Positions 10,701-19,548 of a DNA stretch of 52,923 nucleotides are shown piece after piece. Made by a program: the position numbers and the translations under genes. The notes beneath the pieces were generated by a model. That model saw only the letters and a list, made by a program, of their open reading frames with translations, was not told the DNA's origin and ran no database searches. Source of the DNA: an uncultured Thiogranum sp. Its GTDB lineage: Bacteria > Pseudomonadota > Gammaproteobacteria > DSM-19610. Location of the stretch: the NCBI GenBank assembly GCA_913053655.1, contig CAJXFW010000001.1, forward strand, positions 1 through 52,923, written 5' to 3'. Within the stretch, counting starts at the first letter, position 1, and each line of letters starts with the position of its first letter.

Positions 10701-10867
10701 CTGCTGGCACCCGGATAGGAGGTAGACACCTTTACCACAGTATTGCGGGTCTCGGGATACTGACGCACCTCCAGCGAACCAATGGCGCGCAAACCCACCA
10801 ACAGGATCAGCAGACTGATGACACTCGCCAGCACCGGGCGGTGTACGAACAGATCGGTGAATTTCAT
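7739..10867 (-). CDS. RND efflux permease (AcrB/MexI/MexW type)
   Basis: 1042 aa; GLVVDDAIIVVEN, AKNGILIVEFA, RLRPILMT. Confidence 0.97.
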   Translation of the reverse strand: MKFTDLFVHRPVLASVISLLILLVGLRAIGSLEVRQYPETRNTVVKVSTSYPGASSELVKGFITTPLQQAIAEANGIDYLFSRSVQGRSTIEAHMELNYDSNAAVAEIQAKVASQRNVLPEQSDDPVIDSTTGSSTALMYLAFYSDSMLPSQITDYLLRVVQPQLQAVPGVARAELIGNKTFAMRIWLDPQRMAALGVTANNVQEVLRANNYLAGIGQTKGEYTAINLSVTTDLASEEDFRKLVVRSANGTLVRLSDIASAELGAEDYDSTSWYKGKPAIFVGMEQAPGANPLTVAQKIRDLIPEIRKQLPEGLEVHIPYDASVFIEDSINEVFVTLAEAVIIVLLVVYLSLGSIRAAIVPAVAVPLSLVGAAFLMLLMGFSINLLTLLAMVLAIGLVVDDAIIVVENVHRHVEQGASRLDAALNGARELALPIVAMTTTLVAVYVPIGFMGGLVGTLFTEFAFALAGAVVISGIVALTLSPMLSSKVLKPHGRQGRFEQWVEHWFSRLADRYQSLLHGMLDSLPATLLFATVVLASIFFMFVTSKSELAPVEDQSILFFQATGPQTATIEYNEAYTRQIVEAFESIPEYNESFFLLGRGEPSTTFGGFKMLPPSFRARSQMQVQPELQSKLRKIAGFQIAVFPRPSLPGSGGGLPVQFVITSEGGYRELDQVADQLIGQGMGSGRFMFLMKELQYSRPRSTLVIDRDRAGDLGISMRDIGRNLATLLGGNDVNRFSLEGRSYKVIPQVARDYRLQPGMLKDYYIRPGSGELVNLSAGLSVTDAVRDNGAAALVPLDSLVHIQDSVEPSQRTQFQQLNSLTIVGVMAPRVPLGDALAYLENTARDIFPRGFGWDYAGGSRQYARQGSALIITFFLSILVIYLVLAAQFESWRDPVIILVSVPMSIAGALAFITMGFATINIYTQVGLITLIGLIAKNGILIVEFANRLQIHEGLDRRGAVERAAAIRLRPILMTTVSMVVAMVPLLTASGPGAVSRFHIGLTIATGLGIGTLFTLFVVPAVYVVLARKHEGSKSESRIAEAQ

Positions 10868-11967
10868 CCGTCGTCGCCGCGTATCTCGATGTTGAGCTGT
10901 ACGCTGTTATCGATAACCACCTGCCGGCCATTGCGTAGTTTCACCTGGCCCGCAGCCACCACAGTGTCACCGGCCTGTAACCCCTCCACGATTTCCACGC
11001 GCCCATTACGCACTTCCCCGGTTTTTACCCGGCGTCGCTGTACCACTTGCACACCTTCTTTCTCGAATATGATAAAAACCGATGCGCCGTACGGATTGTA
11101 GGTAATGGCGGTACGCGGCAGGGTAAGAATATGGTCGCGCATCGGCAGCACGGTGCGGACTTCGGTAAACATGCCGGGACGCAGTAGCTGATCGGGGTTA
11201 TCCAGCGTCGCGCGCAGACGCGCGCTGCGGGTACCGGGGTCGATACCCGGGTTAATCGCGCTAATGCTACCCTCAAAAATACGGCCGGGATAAGCCTGCA
11301 CTTTGACCTTTACCGACTGACCCACCCTGACCTGGCTGAAATGGCGCTCTGGAAGCGCATAGTCAACGTATACAGGGTCCAGTGCCTGCAGTGGGACAAT
11401 ACGTGCGCCGGGCGACAGATATTCACCGGGATCAACCTCGACAATACCCAGCCGGCCACTGAACGGTGCACGAATTTTCTTCTTGCTGATGGACGCGCGC
11501 TTGGCCGCTACCGTCGCCTTGGCACCGTCCAGCTGAGCACGCGACTGATCATATTCGGAACGCGACACCGATCGGTCTTTTAATAACTTCCTGTTGCGTT
11601 CAAACTGGAGTCTGGCGAGTGTCTGCTGCGCAATCAAACCGTCCAGATCCGCTTTGTCGACAGTGTCGACAAGCTGCAGGATTACCTCGCCAGCCTCGAC
11701 CTTGCGGCCGGATTTGAACAAAATCGCACTCACCTGCCCCGGCACCTCGGTCGTCACGAATACACCCCGTACCGCCGCAACACTGCCGACAGCCCGCAAA
11801 TACGGCTGCCAGTCCTGCAATTCCACCTCAGCGGAAGCAACCGTAACCGGTGGTGGTGGTCGCGACATCATGGCGGCCATCTTCTGTCCGCTGTAGAATT
11901 TCCAGCCGAAGATACCGCCAAACATGACTACCAGCAGCAGCACTACCAGAAAGAGTCGTTTTATCAC
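10864..11967 (-). CDS. RND periplasmic adaptor (MFP)
   Basis: N-terminal TM anchor, IRAPFSG, LRPGMF, GLQAGDTVV; 4-nt overlap with the permease. Confidence 0.95.
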   Translation of the reverse strand: MIKRLFLVVLLLVVMFGGIFGWKFYSGQKMAAMMSRPPPPVTVASAEVELQDWQPYLRAVGSVAAVRGVFVTTEVPGQVSAILFKSGRKVEAGEVILQLVDTVDKADLDGLIAQQTLARLQFERNRKLLKDRSVSRSEYDQSRAQLDGAKATVAAKRASISKKKIRAPFSGRLGIVEVDPGEYLSPGARIVPLQALDPVYVDYALPERHFSQVRVGQSVKVKVQAYPGRIFEGSISAINPGIDPGTRSARLRATLDNPDQLLRPGMFTEVRTVLPMRDHILTLPRTAITYNPYGASVFIIFEKEGVQVVQRRRVKTGEVRNGRVEIVEGLQAGDTVVAAGQVKLRNGRQVVIDNSVQLNIEIRGDDG

Positions 11968-12150
11968 TTTTATTGCATTCCTTGTTCAGAACTGCGCGTA
12001 TCGCGTCTTTGTGTGACCGGGCTAACGCGGTTGGAGTTCAATAGGCGAAAGAAGAGCTACCGCCACGCCAATCATATCCGACTCTCTGGCCGAATTCGAC
12101 GACATAGGGATTACTTGCTGGAATGAGTGGGAGCGCGCTCTAGATACGCT

Positions 12151-12322
12151 GAGGAATTTCCGAGTAACGCGTCATTGCGAGGCGCGTAGCGCCGTGGCAA
12201 TCTCTGTGGTCTGGTGCCAAACTGCACGAGATTGCCGCGCTGCACCCATAGAACCCCTACGGGCTTCATTACGGGTACCATACCCTTTCGAGTCAAGGCA
12301 TCGCAATGACGAGCCGAAATCC
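12151..12322. repeat. Palindromic GTCATTGCGA...TCGCAATGAC repeat element with internal insert
   Basis: CGTCATTGCGA 12170-12180 / TCGCAATGACG 12301-12311; inner GGCAATCTC / GAGATTGCC; imperfect outer arms GAGGAATTTC / GAAATCCTT. Confidence 0.75.
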
Positions 12323-13582
12323 TTAGCTGCTGAACGCCTTGATGACCTTGCTTCGTACCTTTTGTACCGAGCGTTTGTCGATAACCTCGATACACCGGTC
12401 GTAAGCGCCTCCCAGATAAAACCTGGCCGCTGTTACCGGCAATGGCTTCGGAAGCAGGGGTTTCTGATGGCCGATATTCTCCAGCCGGTCCGCCAGTGAA
12501 GGCATGGCGCTTTTACGATCTCTTTTCCGCTTTTTAACCTGTTCCAACGTGGCTTTGACATCGTCATCGGACAACCCGTTTTCGAAGACTTTAGCCATAC
12601 CGGCATGCGGCAGGGATTCAGACTTGCCGGTTTTCCCGGCCATCTCCAGGACCTCTGGCCAATAAGTACGGCGCAGGTAGGCCTCTGTCAGTATCTGACA
12701 AGTGACCCCTCTCGCCACATCCCGGTCATTGATAGCCTCCAGAGCATAAAGATCCGCATCCAGTTCACTGCAGCGTGCAATTCCGACTGAAAAAGAGCGA
12801 TAAAACGGTGCATACGACTGGAAAAAGGAGCATACAGGTCTGGTGAACAGTGTAGAGAGTGTGGCACAGCTTGAGATGTACTGATCCCACATATCGCGCA
12901 GAGAATAAAGCCAGCTATTCAAACGGCTGCGTTTGCCGGCCAACTGACCCACACGTCTGGCCAGCAGTACGTGCACGTCCAGGGGAGACAGGGCGAGTAA
13001 CACAGGCAAGCCAATAATCAGTGTGCGTGTTGTCGAGAAAGCAAAGCCGTTACACGGTGTCTTGATGATACGCACGACAAAACGATCGCGCAGAATCACC
13101 CGGTCGATACGCGGTTCGCCGTAGATATCGCCGAGCTCGTGCAGCAGTTCAAACAATCTCGGGAAACTGGCTTCTCTCAACTCCAAACCGGAAGGCAACG
13201 AAAACCGCATAGAAAGAATAGCGTAGGTCATGACGATGGCGATGGACAACGACAGAACCTCGATGGTAATCAAAAACCACTGCGCATTAGACATGGCCGG
13301 CTGTATGGTATAAAAAATCACCACCGGCATTGAAATCAGCAATACCGGAAACAGCAGCAGAAAAAAGTACCCGCCTGCGCCGGCCAGCAGCGTTAATATC
13401 CGGTAAATCCGTGCCTGGCGGTTCGATAGCATCAGAGCGCCACGACGGCTGAAGGGCTTAAAAAAACTGTCGAACAGATTCAGTTTATTACGGAGTTCTA
13501 AAAGCATCGTTTTATCGTTGATCCTGTCGTATGTCTCACTTCCCTGTAGCGGCTGATGCGCTGAAAACCGAACCACTAACAA
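12323..13582 (-). CDS. M48/HtpX-like membrane protein lacking catalytic motifs (true start may be 13432 or 13507)
   Basis: N-terminal TMs, FPRLFELL, LIIGLPVL, ELDAD and PSLADRL typical of M48, but HExxH is replaced by RRVGQ. Confidence 0.7.
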   Translation of the reverse strand: MLVVRFSAHQPLQGSETYDRINDKTMLLELRNKLNLFDSFFKPFSRRGALMLSNRQARIYRILTLLAGAGGYFFLLLFPVLLISMPVVIFYTIQPAMSNAQWFLITIEVLSLSIAIVMTYAILSMRFSLPSGLELREASFPRLFELLHELGDIYGEPRIDRVILRDRFVVRIIKTPCNGFAFSTTRTLIIGLPVLLALSPLDVHVLLARRVGQLAGKRSRLNSWLYSLRDMWDQYISSCATLSTLFTRPVCSFFQSYAPFYRSFSVGIARCSELDADLYALEAINDRDVARGVTCQILTEAYLRRTYWPEVLEMAGKTGKSESLPHAGMAKVFENGLSDDDVKATLEQVKKRKRDRKSAMPSLADRLENIGHQKPLLPKPLPVTAARFYLGGAYDRCIEVIDKRSVQKVRSKVIKAFSS

Positions 13583-13611
13583 GCGGCCGATAAAATTTAT
13601 TTGCTGTTGAT

Positions 13612-13624
13612 TATCAATTGGTTA
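13612..13624 (+). promoter_or_regulatory. IHF consensus site
   Basis: TATCAATTGGTTA fits WATCAANNNNTTR and is preceded by an AT-rich tract. Confidence 0.35.
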
Positions 13625-14091
13625 AAACTAAACCCCTCCGGCTGGTGGCAACCTCGCAACAACAGCGGCGTCATCCATCATCATCAGGGTAATTTGCTGC
13701 GCTGTGCGCCCACCTCGATAGCGCTATCCCCCCGCTGTTGTTGCCCCACGCATTACGCTGCCAGCCTGCTAGCGTTCCCGCTATCGTAACCGGTGACTGT
13801 CGACAGTGCCAAAACGGTGCAGATTGGTGAAAAAATGCCCGAAGAAATTTCAAATAACCGGGTCATTGGGTATTGACTTTTCATGGCGATCGGTCTGCTC
13901 CGGATTGTCGTTATACACAGGTGTAACGCAACGGTAAGAAAAATCATGCGTGAAGCCTTTATCGCTTCATTTCCAGTCTAGCAAAAGACTGTATCCTACT
14001 GTTAGTAATAGTACTATATGTTTTTGTGGCAAAAATGAGCGATTTAACGCAAGTCCTGTAATTTTAGGGTTTAGACGCACTTTCAGGCACT

Positions 14092-14126
14092 TCATCCACA
14101 AAGTTATCCACAATATCTGTGGAAAA
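14092..14126. promoter_or_regulatory. Cluster of three DnaA boxes (DARS-like core); extra box TTATACACA at 13911-13919
   Basis: TCATCCACA-aag-TTATCCACA-atatc-TGTGGAAAA. Confidence 0.7.
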
Positions 14127-14157
14127 CTTTTGCCGCATATCAGACTACACTGTGCCC

Positions 14158-14186
14158 CTTGAAATTTTCCCGTGCGAACACCACTT
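14158..14186 (+). promoter_or_regulatory. Sigma-32 (RpoH) promoter of lon
   Basis: CTTGAAA-N14-CACCACTT versus consensus CTTGAAA-N13/14-CCCCATNT, about 35 nt upstream of the lon ATG. Confidence 0.65.
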
Positions 14187-14219
14187 CCTGTTAGCCAGGC
14201 CAACGAAAATAAATCAACT

Positions 14220-16613
14220 ATGGATATCGAACACCCTGTAGACCCTGATGCTGACGCCGCCCGACCCGGCAGCGAACTGGTGCTCGCAAACGAAGTATTG
14301 CCCAGCGCCATTCCCGTACTGCCACAAACCGAACGGCCGTTTTTCCCCGGCCAGGCGATCCCACTGTTAATGGATGCGGATCAATGGGGCGAGACTATCA
14401 AAGCGGCCCAGGAAAACGCTAACAATATTATCGGGCTGTTGCTGGTACGCAGCAAAAAGTCAGAGCAGGCGGGACTCAATGATTTCCACCGCATGGGCAC
14501 GGCCTGCCGTATTCACCGGGTCGGCCGGCAGGATGGCCGTATGCAGGTGCTGCTGGAAGGCTTGCAACGTTTTCGTGTCGCCGACTGGCGGAGCAGCAAG
14601 GCACCCTTTACCGCACGCGTGGAGTATTTCCCGGAAGAGCGCTACGAGGAAATCCCGGAGATCAAGGCGTACGCCATTGCCGTAATCAATACTATCAAGG
14701 AACTGATACCGTTGAACCCCCTCTACGGGGAAGAATTCAAACTGTTCCTGGATAACTTTCACCCCAACGACCCGTCGCACCTGGCCGACTTTGCCGCCAG
14801 CCTGACCACCTCTAACCGCGAAGAACAGCAGAAGGTACTGGAAGCCACCGACCTGCTGACCCGCCTGCAGCGTGTACACGTGCTGATTAACAAGGAACTG
14901 GAGGTCGCCAAAACGCAGGCAGAAATTCGCCAGCAGGTCGAAGGCGAAATGCAGCAGCACCAGCGAGAACACATACTGCGCGAACAGATGAAAGTAATCC
15001 AGAAAGAACTGGGCATTTCCAAGGATGACCGCACCGCAGAGAGCGACAAGTACCGCGAACGTATCAAAGCACTCACCATCCCTGAGGCAGCGCAGAAACG
15101 CATCGACGAAGAGATGCAGAAGTTCTCCGTGCTGGAGACCGGTTCGCCGGAATACGCGACGACACGCACCTATCTGGACTGGCTGACGCAACTGCCCTGG
15201 GGCCGGTACAGCGATGACCAGCTGGACCTCGACGCGGCTCGAAAGATTCTGGACGAGGATCATGACGGCTTGCGGGACGTCAAACAACGCATTCTGGAAT
15301 TCATCGGCGTCGGCATCATGAAAGGCGAAGTGTCCGGCTCCATCATCCTCTTCGTGGGTCCACCCGGTGTCGGCAAGACCTCGCTGGGGCGCTCCATTGC
15401 GCGTGCCCTGGGGCGCAAATTCTTCCGTTTCTCTCTGGGGGGTATGCGCGACGAAGCTGAAATCAAGGGGCACCGACGCACCTATGTAGGCGCCATGCCC
15501 GGCAAGTTCATCCAGGCCTTCAAGGACACCCAGTCAGCCAACCCGGTCATTATGCTGGATGAAATCGACAAAGTCGGTGCTTCCTACCAGGGCGACCCGG
15601 CTTCTGCTCTGCTGGAGGTGCTGGATCCGGAACAGAACAGCGATTTTCTCGACCATTACCTGGATGTACCCTTTGATCTGTCGAAGGCTCTGTTTATCTG
15701 TACCGCCAACCAGCTGGACACCATTCCCGCTCCATTGCTCGACCGCATGGAGATCATCCCGTTATCGGGCTACCTGGCCAGCGAGAAACTGGAAATTGCG
15801 AAGAACCATTTATTGCCGCGACAGATAGAACGTAATGGCTTGAAGAAAAGGGGACAGCTGAGTATCAACAAGGCGGCCTTGCGCAAAATCATTGACGACT
15901 ATGCGCGCGAAGCCGGTGTGCGCCGACTGGAGAAATACCTGGGCGCCGTTGCACGCAAGGCTGTGCTGAAAATTCTCGGGGGCGAGAAAACACCCATCCA
16001 GGTGCGCGCCCGCGATATTGAAGACTACCTGGGCAAACCGGTATTCACACGGGACAAGCGCATGTCCGGCGTAGGCATCATGACCGGCCTTGCCTGGACT
16101 GCCATGGGCGGCGTCACCCTGAGTATAGAGGCGACACGTATTCACAGCTTCACCCGCGGCTTCAAGCTTACCGGCCAACTGGGTAACGTCATGCGCGAAT
16201 CGGCGGAAATCGCCTACAGCTATATCCTCGCCAACGCCGAACACTGGGGTGCTTCAGCGGATTTCTTCGAACATTCGCTGATTCACCTGCACGTGCCTGC
16301 GGGAGCAACGCCCAAGGACGGACCCAGTGCGGGGATCACCATGGCCAGTGCGCTGTTGTCACTGGCCAGGCGGCGCAAGCTGGTGCGCAACCTGGCGATG
16401 ACCGGTGAGCTTACCCTGACGGGACAAGTATTGCCGGTGGGCGGCATTCGGGAAAAAGTCATTGCGGCACGACGCCTGAATATCAGGGAACTGATTCTGC
16501 CGGAGGCGAATAAGGGGGATTTCGAAGAGATACCGGAGTACATACGCGAGAATATTACCGTACATTTCGCCCGGCAGTTCTCTGATGTGGTACCGCTGCT
16601 GTTTGAGAAGTGA
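14220..16613 (+). CDS. lon: ATP-dependent Lon protease
   Basis: LON N-domain, GPPGVGKT, RRTYVGAMPG, PKDGPSAG catalytic Ser, GGIREK Lys; ATG at 14220. Confidence 0.97.
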   Translation: MDIEHPVDPDADAARPGSELVLANEVLPSAIPVLPQTERPFFPGQAIPLLMDADQWGETIKAAQENANNIIGLLLVRSKKSEQAGLNDFHRMGTACRIHRVGRQDGRMQVLLEGLQRFRVADWRSSKAPFTARVEYFPEERYEEIPEIKAYAIAVINTIKELIPLNPLYGEEFKLFLDNFHPNDPSHLADFAASLTTSNREEQQKVLEATDLLTRLQRVHVLINKELEVAKTQAEIRQQVEGEMQQHQREHILREQMKVIQKELGISKDDRTAESDKYRERIKALTIPEAAQKRIDEEMQKFSVLETGSPEYATTRTYLDWLTQLPWGRYSDDQLDLDAARKILDEDHDGLRDVKQRILEFIGVGIMKGEVSGSIILFVGPPGVGKTSLGRSIARALGRKFFRFSLGGMRDEAEIKGHRRTYVGAMPGKFIQAFKDTQSANPVIMLDEIDKVGASYQGDPASALLEVLDPEQNSDFLDHYLDVPFDLSKALFICTANQLDTIPAPLLDRMEIIPLSGYLASEKLEIAKNHLLPRQIERNGLKKRGQLSINKAALRKIIDDYAREAGVRRLEKYLGAVARKAVLKILGGEKTPIQVRARDIEDYLGKPVFTRDKRMSGVGIMTGLAWTAMGGVTLSIEATRIHSFTRGFKLTGQLGNVMRESAEIAYSYILANAEHWGASADFFEHSLIHLHVPAGATPKDGPSAGITMASALLSLARRRKLVRNLAMTGELTLTGQVLPVGGIREKVIAARRLNIRELILPEANKGDFEEIPEYIRENITVHFARQFSDVVPLLFEK

Positions 16614-16650
16614 CCGTTTTTTCAACGCGTCGTTCCAGGTGTTGTCACAC

Positions 16651-17226
16651 TTACCAGCGGCGAACGCGGCCCGTATCAACGTGGATAAAATCCGACCTGG
16701 CATAGAAACCGACACCACCGGCTTTTAGTGACAATGCGGCGTCCCGCAGATGCTTTAGCTCACAACCGGGCAAACGGATATCGACCGCCCTGCCTTGCAT
16801 ATGCAGACTTCGTTTGGCTACCCCGCTACTCTGCGCGCGTAACTTCTGATTGGTCTGTGGCGAACGGTAACCGGAAATAATATGAAACGCGCCACGGGTT
16901 CCCGTTGTCTGCTGCAACACATACAGCAGGTCCAGAAGTCTCTTGTCCATAGGGTGTACCTCACCCGAGCGATGATCGCGTAACACCTGGTTGACCTTGT
17001 TCAGCTCATCTTGCAGGTAGCGTCCTTCCACCCAGTAAGCAGTGCGCAGCATTTCACCGGTGTGGAGGTTCCTGAACTCAAGGCTGCGCTCCGGCACACG
17101 GCGCACAGACGCCTGCAAGGCCGGCACTGCCAGCGCCGCACCGGTCACGAGAAGCGTCTGAATTACCCTGCGTCGTGCAGGATTCTGGATGTCATCCTGA
17201 CAGGGGGGGCGATATTTATCGGTCAT
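16651..17226 (-). CDS. mepK: YcbK/MepK (DUF882, peptidase M15) endopeptidase with Tat-like signal
   Basis: ARRRVI signal, ISGYRSPQTN, SLHMQGRAVD, FIHVDTG. Confidence 0.9.
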   Translation of the reverse strand: MTDKYRPPCQDDIQNPARRRVIQTLLVTGAALAVPALQASVRRVPERSLEFRNLHTGEMLRTAYWVEGRYLQDELNKVNQVLRDHRSGEVHPMDKRLLDLLYVLQQTTGTRGAFHIISGYRSPQTNQKLRAQSSGVAKRSLHMQGRAVDIRLPGCELKHLRDAALSLKAGGVGFYARSDFIHVDTGRVRRW

Positions 17227-17391
17227 AGTTCCCTGTTAGATGCATGGCCTGTGCCATACAGGCTCGCGTAAGAATTATACCGGAATCCGCCTGGTTCACC
17301 AGATTTTTCACTGGCTTGTCCTGTACGCCGAACGCATTGATGTCCGGCAGATTTCTGACAATTGAGCATAACATCCACGCGCGTTAGTAAT

Positions 17392-17435
17392 GTGTCATAC
17401 AACCGTAATCGTCTCGTAACACATCTGACATAAAC
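17392..17435 (+). promoter_or_regulatory. Tandem Pho boxes (PhoB sites)
   Basis: GTGTCATACAA/CCGTAATCGTC/TCGTAACACAT/CTGACATAAAC: four half-sites at an 11-bp period upstream of a phosphate porin. Confidence 0.75.
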
Positions 17436-17507
17436 ACGCCTTAGTCTCTCACCGGTCGCACGCAGCAGCGTGTTATCAATCTGCACTATGTTCCGGGAGG
17501 ACACTCT

Positions 17508-18863
17508 ATGAAATTTCGACCTCGTTTGCCCCTGTTGCACTGCGCTATTTTGTGTGCCGCCGGCAGTTTTTCACTACCTGCGCTTTCCGCTGACAGCGCC
17601 ATGGGCGATTTGCTCAAGGTGCTGCGTGACAAGGGCGCCATCAGTGCGTCCGAGTATCAGGTACTGAAAGATTCGGCCAGGGTGGACAAAGAACGCGCGA
17701 GTCAAGAGGTTACCGAAGCAACCAAAGATACTGTCAAGATCAGTACCGGCAAGTCCGGCCTCAAGCTATCTTCCGGCGATGGCAATTTCAAATTTCAGCT
17801 CGGCGGACGTGCAATGATCGACGCCGCCTTTTATGACAAGGACAAAACCCGGTTGGGCAATGGTGCGGAAGTACGCCGTGCACGGCTGTTCGCCAAGGGT
17901 ACGGTTTATCACGACTGGTTCTACAAGGCGCAGATTGATTTTGCCGGCAACAAAACAGCGCTGAAAGACTTTTACCTGGGGTACAGCGGCTTAAATTCAG
18001 CCAAGATAAAAATCGGTAATTTCAAGGAACCGTTCAGCCTCGAGGAGCTGACCAGTTCAAAATATATCACCTTCATGGAACGCGGCCTGCCGAATGCTTT
18101 TTCTCCGGGGCGTAATACCGGCCTGGCAGTGAGTACCCACGGCGATAAATGGGGCGCGGCAGCCGGCTATTTCTTTGACGGTATAAAGAACAGCAGCGCA
18201 CCGAAGAGTCAGGGCTGGGGTGCTACCGGGCGTGTTCATTTCGCACCGCTGGCAGAAAAGGAACAGGTCATCCATCTTGGTGCCGCCGTCAGCTACCGGG
18301 GCTCCGACGGGGATAACGAAATTCGCTTCCGCGAACGGCCGGAATCCCACGTAACCGGCACCCGCCTGGTGGATACCGGCACCATTTCCGGCTATGACAA
18401 TCAGACACTGTACGGTCTGGAAGCCGCAACAGTGTTCGGACCGTTCTCGTTGCAGGGTGAATACATGCAGGCCAGCGTTGATGTATCCGGCCAGGGTTCA
18501 GACCCGGACTTCAGTGGCTGGTATGTGTATGGCAGCTACTTCCTGACCGGCGAACACCGGCCGTACAAGGCCAGTAGCGGCACCTTTGGCCGCGTCAAGC
18601 CCGCCAGTATCGTCGGCCAGGGCGGTATCGGTGCCTGGGAAATAGCCGCACGCTACAGCAGCATCGATCTGGATGACAGCAACTACACGGGTGGCGAGCA
18701 AGACAATATCACCCTGGGCCTGAACTGGTATGCAACACCGAACGTCCGCTTCATGGCGAACTATGTTCGTGCCAGCACGGATCCCACATCACAGACAGAA
18801 TTTGCCGGCGCGGGAGATGAAGATGTCAACATTTTCCAGGTGCGCAGTCAGATCGATTTCTAG
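17508..18863 (+). CDS. OprO/OprP-family phosphate-selective porin
   Basis: Signal peptide, EVRRARL, FKEPFSLEELTSSKYITFMER, GAWEIAARYS, terminal Phe. Confidence 0.92.
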   Translation: MKFRPRLPLLHCAILCAAGSFSLPALSADSAMGDLLKVLRDKGAISASEYQVLKDSARVDKERASQEVTEATKDTVKISTGKSGLKLSSGDGNFKFQLGGRAMIDAAFYDKDKTRLGNGAEVRRARLFAKGTVYHDWFYKAQIDFAGNKTALKDFYLGYSGLNSAKIKIGNFKEPFSLEELTSSKYITFMERGLPNAFSPGRNTGLAVSTHGDKWGAAAGYFFDGIKNSSAPKSQGWGATGRVHFAPLAEKEQVIHLGAAVSYRGSDGDNEIRFRERPESHVTGTRLVDTGTISGYDNQTLYGLEAATVFGPFSLQGEYMQASVDVSGQGSDPDFSGWYVYGSYFLTGEHRPYKASSGTFGRVKPASIVGQGGIGAWEIAARYSSIDLDDSNYTGGEQDNITLGLNWYATPNVRFMANYVRASTDPTSQTEFAGAGDEDVNIFQVRSQIDF

Positions 18864-18879
18864 CAGACAGTCCTGATAA

Positions 18880-18918
18880 GGGAACCGGTCGCCGCGTCAC
18901 GAACGGCGACTGGTTTCC
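18880..18918. terminator. Probable bidirectional terminator hairpin
   Basis: GGAACCGGTCGCCG...CGGCGACTGGTTTCC between convergent genes. Confidence 0.55.
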
Positions 18919-18931
18919 AACCCCTTTATTT

Positions 18932-19546
18932 CTATGTTCCTGTTTCGGTGTAACCCACGGCATTGAAAAACAGGCCTATCAGGTAATCAGACATCTCGAA
19001 CAGATCCATGTCGCGAAAGCGCGGGGAACGATAGATACACTTGGAATACAAAGCTTCGCGCACCATGCCCTGGAAAGCCATGGCAGCCAGCTGGCCGTTT
19101 ACGGGTTCAATACTGTTGCTGGCACTAAGCTCCTTCAGACTGAACTCGATAAAATCAGTAAAGGGGCGCCAGCGGTTCTCAAAAAACTGGCGGGTAGCAT
19201 CGCTGCCTTCCAGCGCGCTTTGCATTTCCATACGCAGGTAGTCAGGGTCCTTGGAAACACTTTCGATATAAATCCGCGTTATCTTGCGCAGCATATCGGC
19301 GAAGCTGCCGTCGCTGTTCACTACCGCATCGACATAACTCTCGCGTTTGCAGGCAATATCGTTGAGCACTTCTTCGTACAGGGCTTCCTTGGATGGAAAG
19401 TGACGGTACAGGATCGCCGGGCTGACGCCCAACCGTCGGGCAATCTCGTCGACAGAGACGCCATGGTAACCCTTGTCTGAAAACAGCACCTTGGCAACCG
19501 CAAGGATAGTGGCTTTCCTTTCTGCAGCCTTCAGTCGTTTGGCCAT
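18932..19546 (-). CDS. TetR/AcrR-family transcriptional regulator
   Basis: LFSDKGYHGVSVDEIARRLGVSPAILYRHFPSKEALY HTH; ATG at 19546. Confidence 0.93.
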   Translation of the reverse strand: MAKRLKAAERKATILAVAKVLFSDKGYHGVSVDEIARRLGVSPAILYRHFPSKEALYEEVLNDIACKRESYVDAVVNSDGSFADMLRKITRIYIESVSKDPDYLRMEMQSALEGSDATRQFFENRWRPFTDFIEFSLKELSASNSIEPVNGQLAAMAFQGMVREALYSKCIYRSPRFRDMDLFEMSDYLIGLFFNAVGYTETGT

Positions 19547-19548
19547 GG

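Noticed and set aside
13586-13593. Sigma-28 -10 element GCCGATAA (also GCCGATAG upstream of 40386)
   Set aside because: No matching -35 at the correct spacing.
13911-14126. oriC
   Set aside because: Only four boxes, no clear DUE or GATC enrichment, and no dnaA/gidA/parAB context; kept as DARS-like instead.
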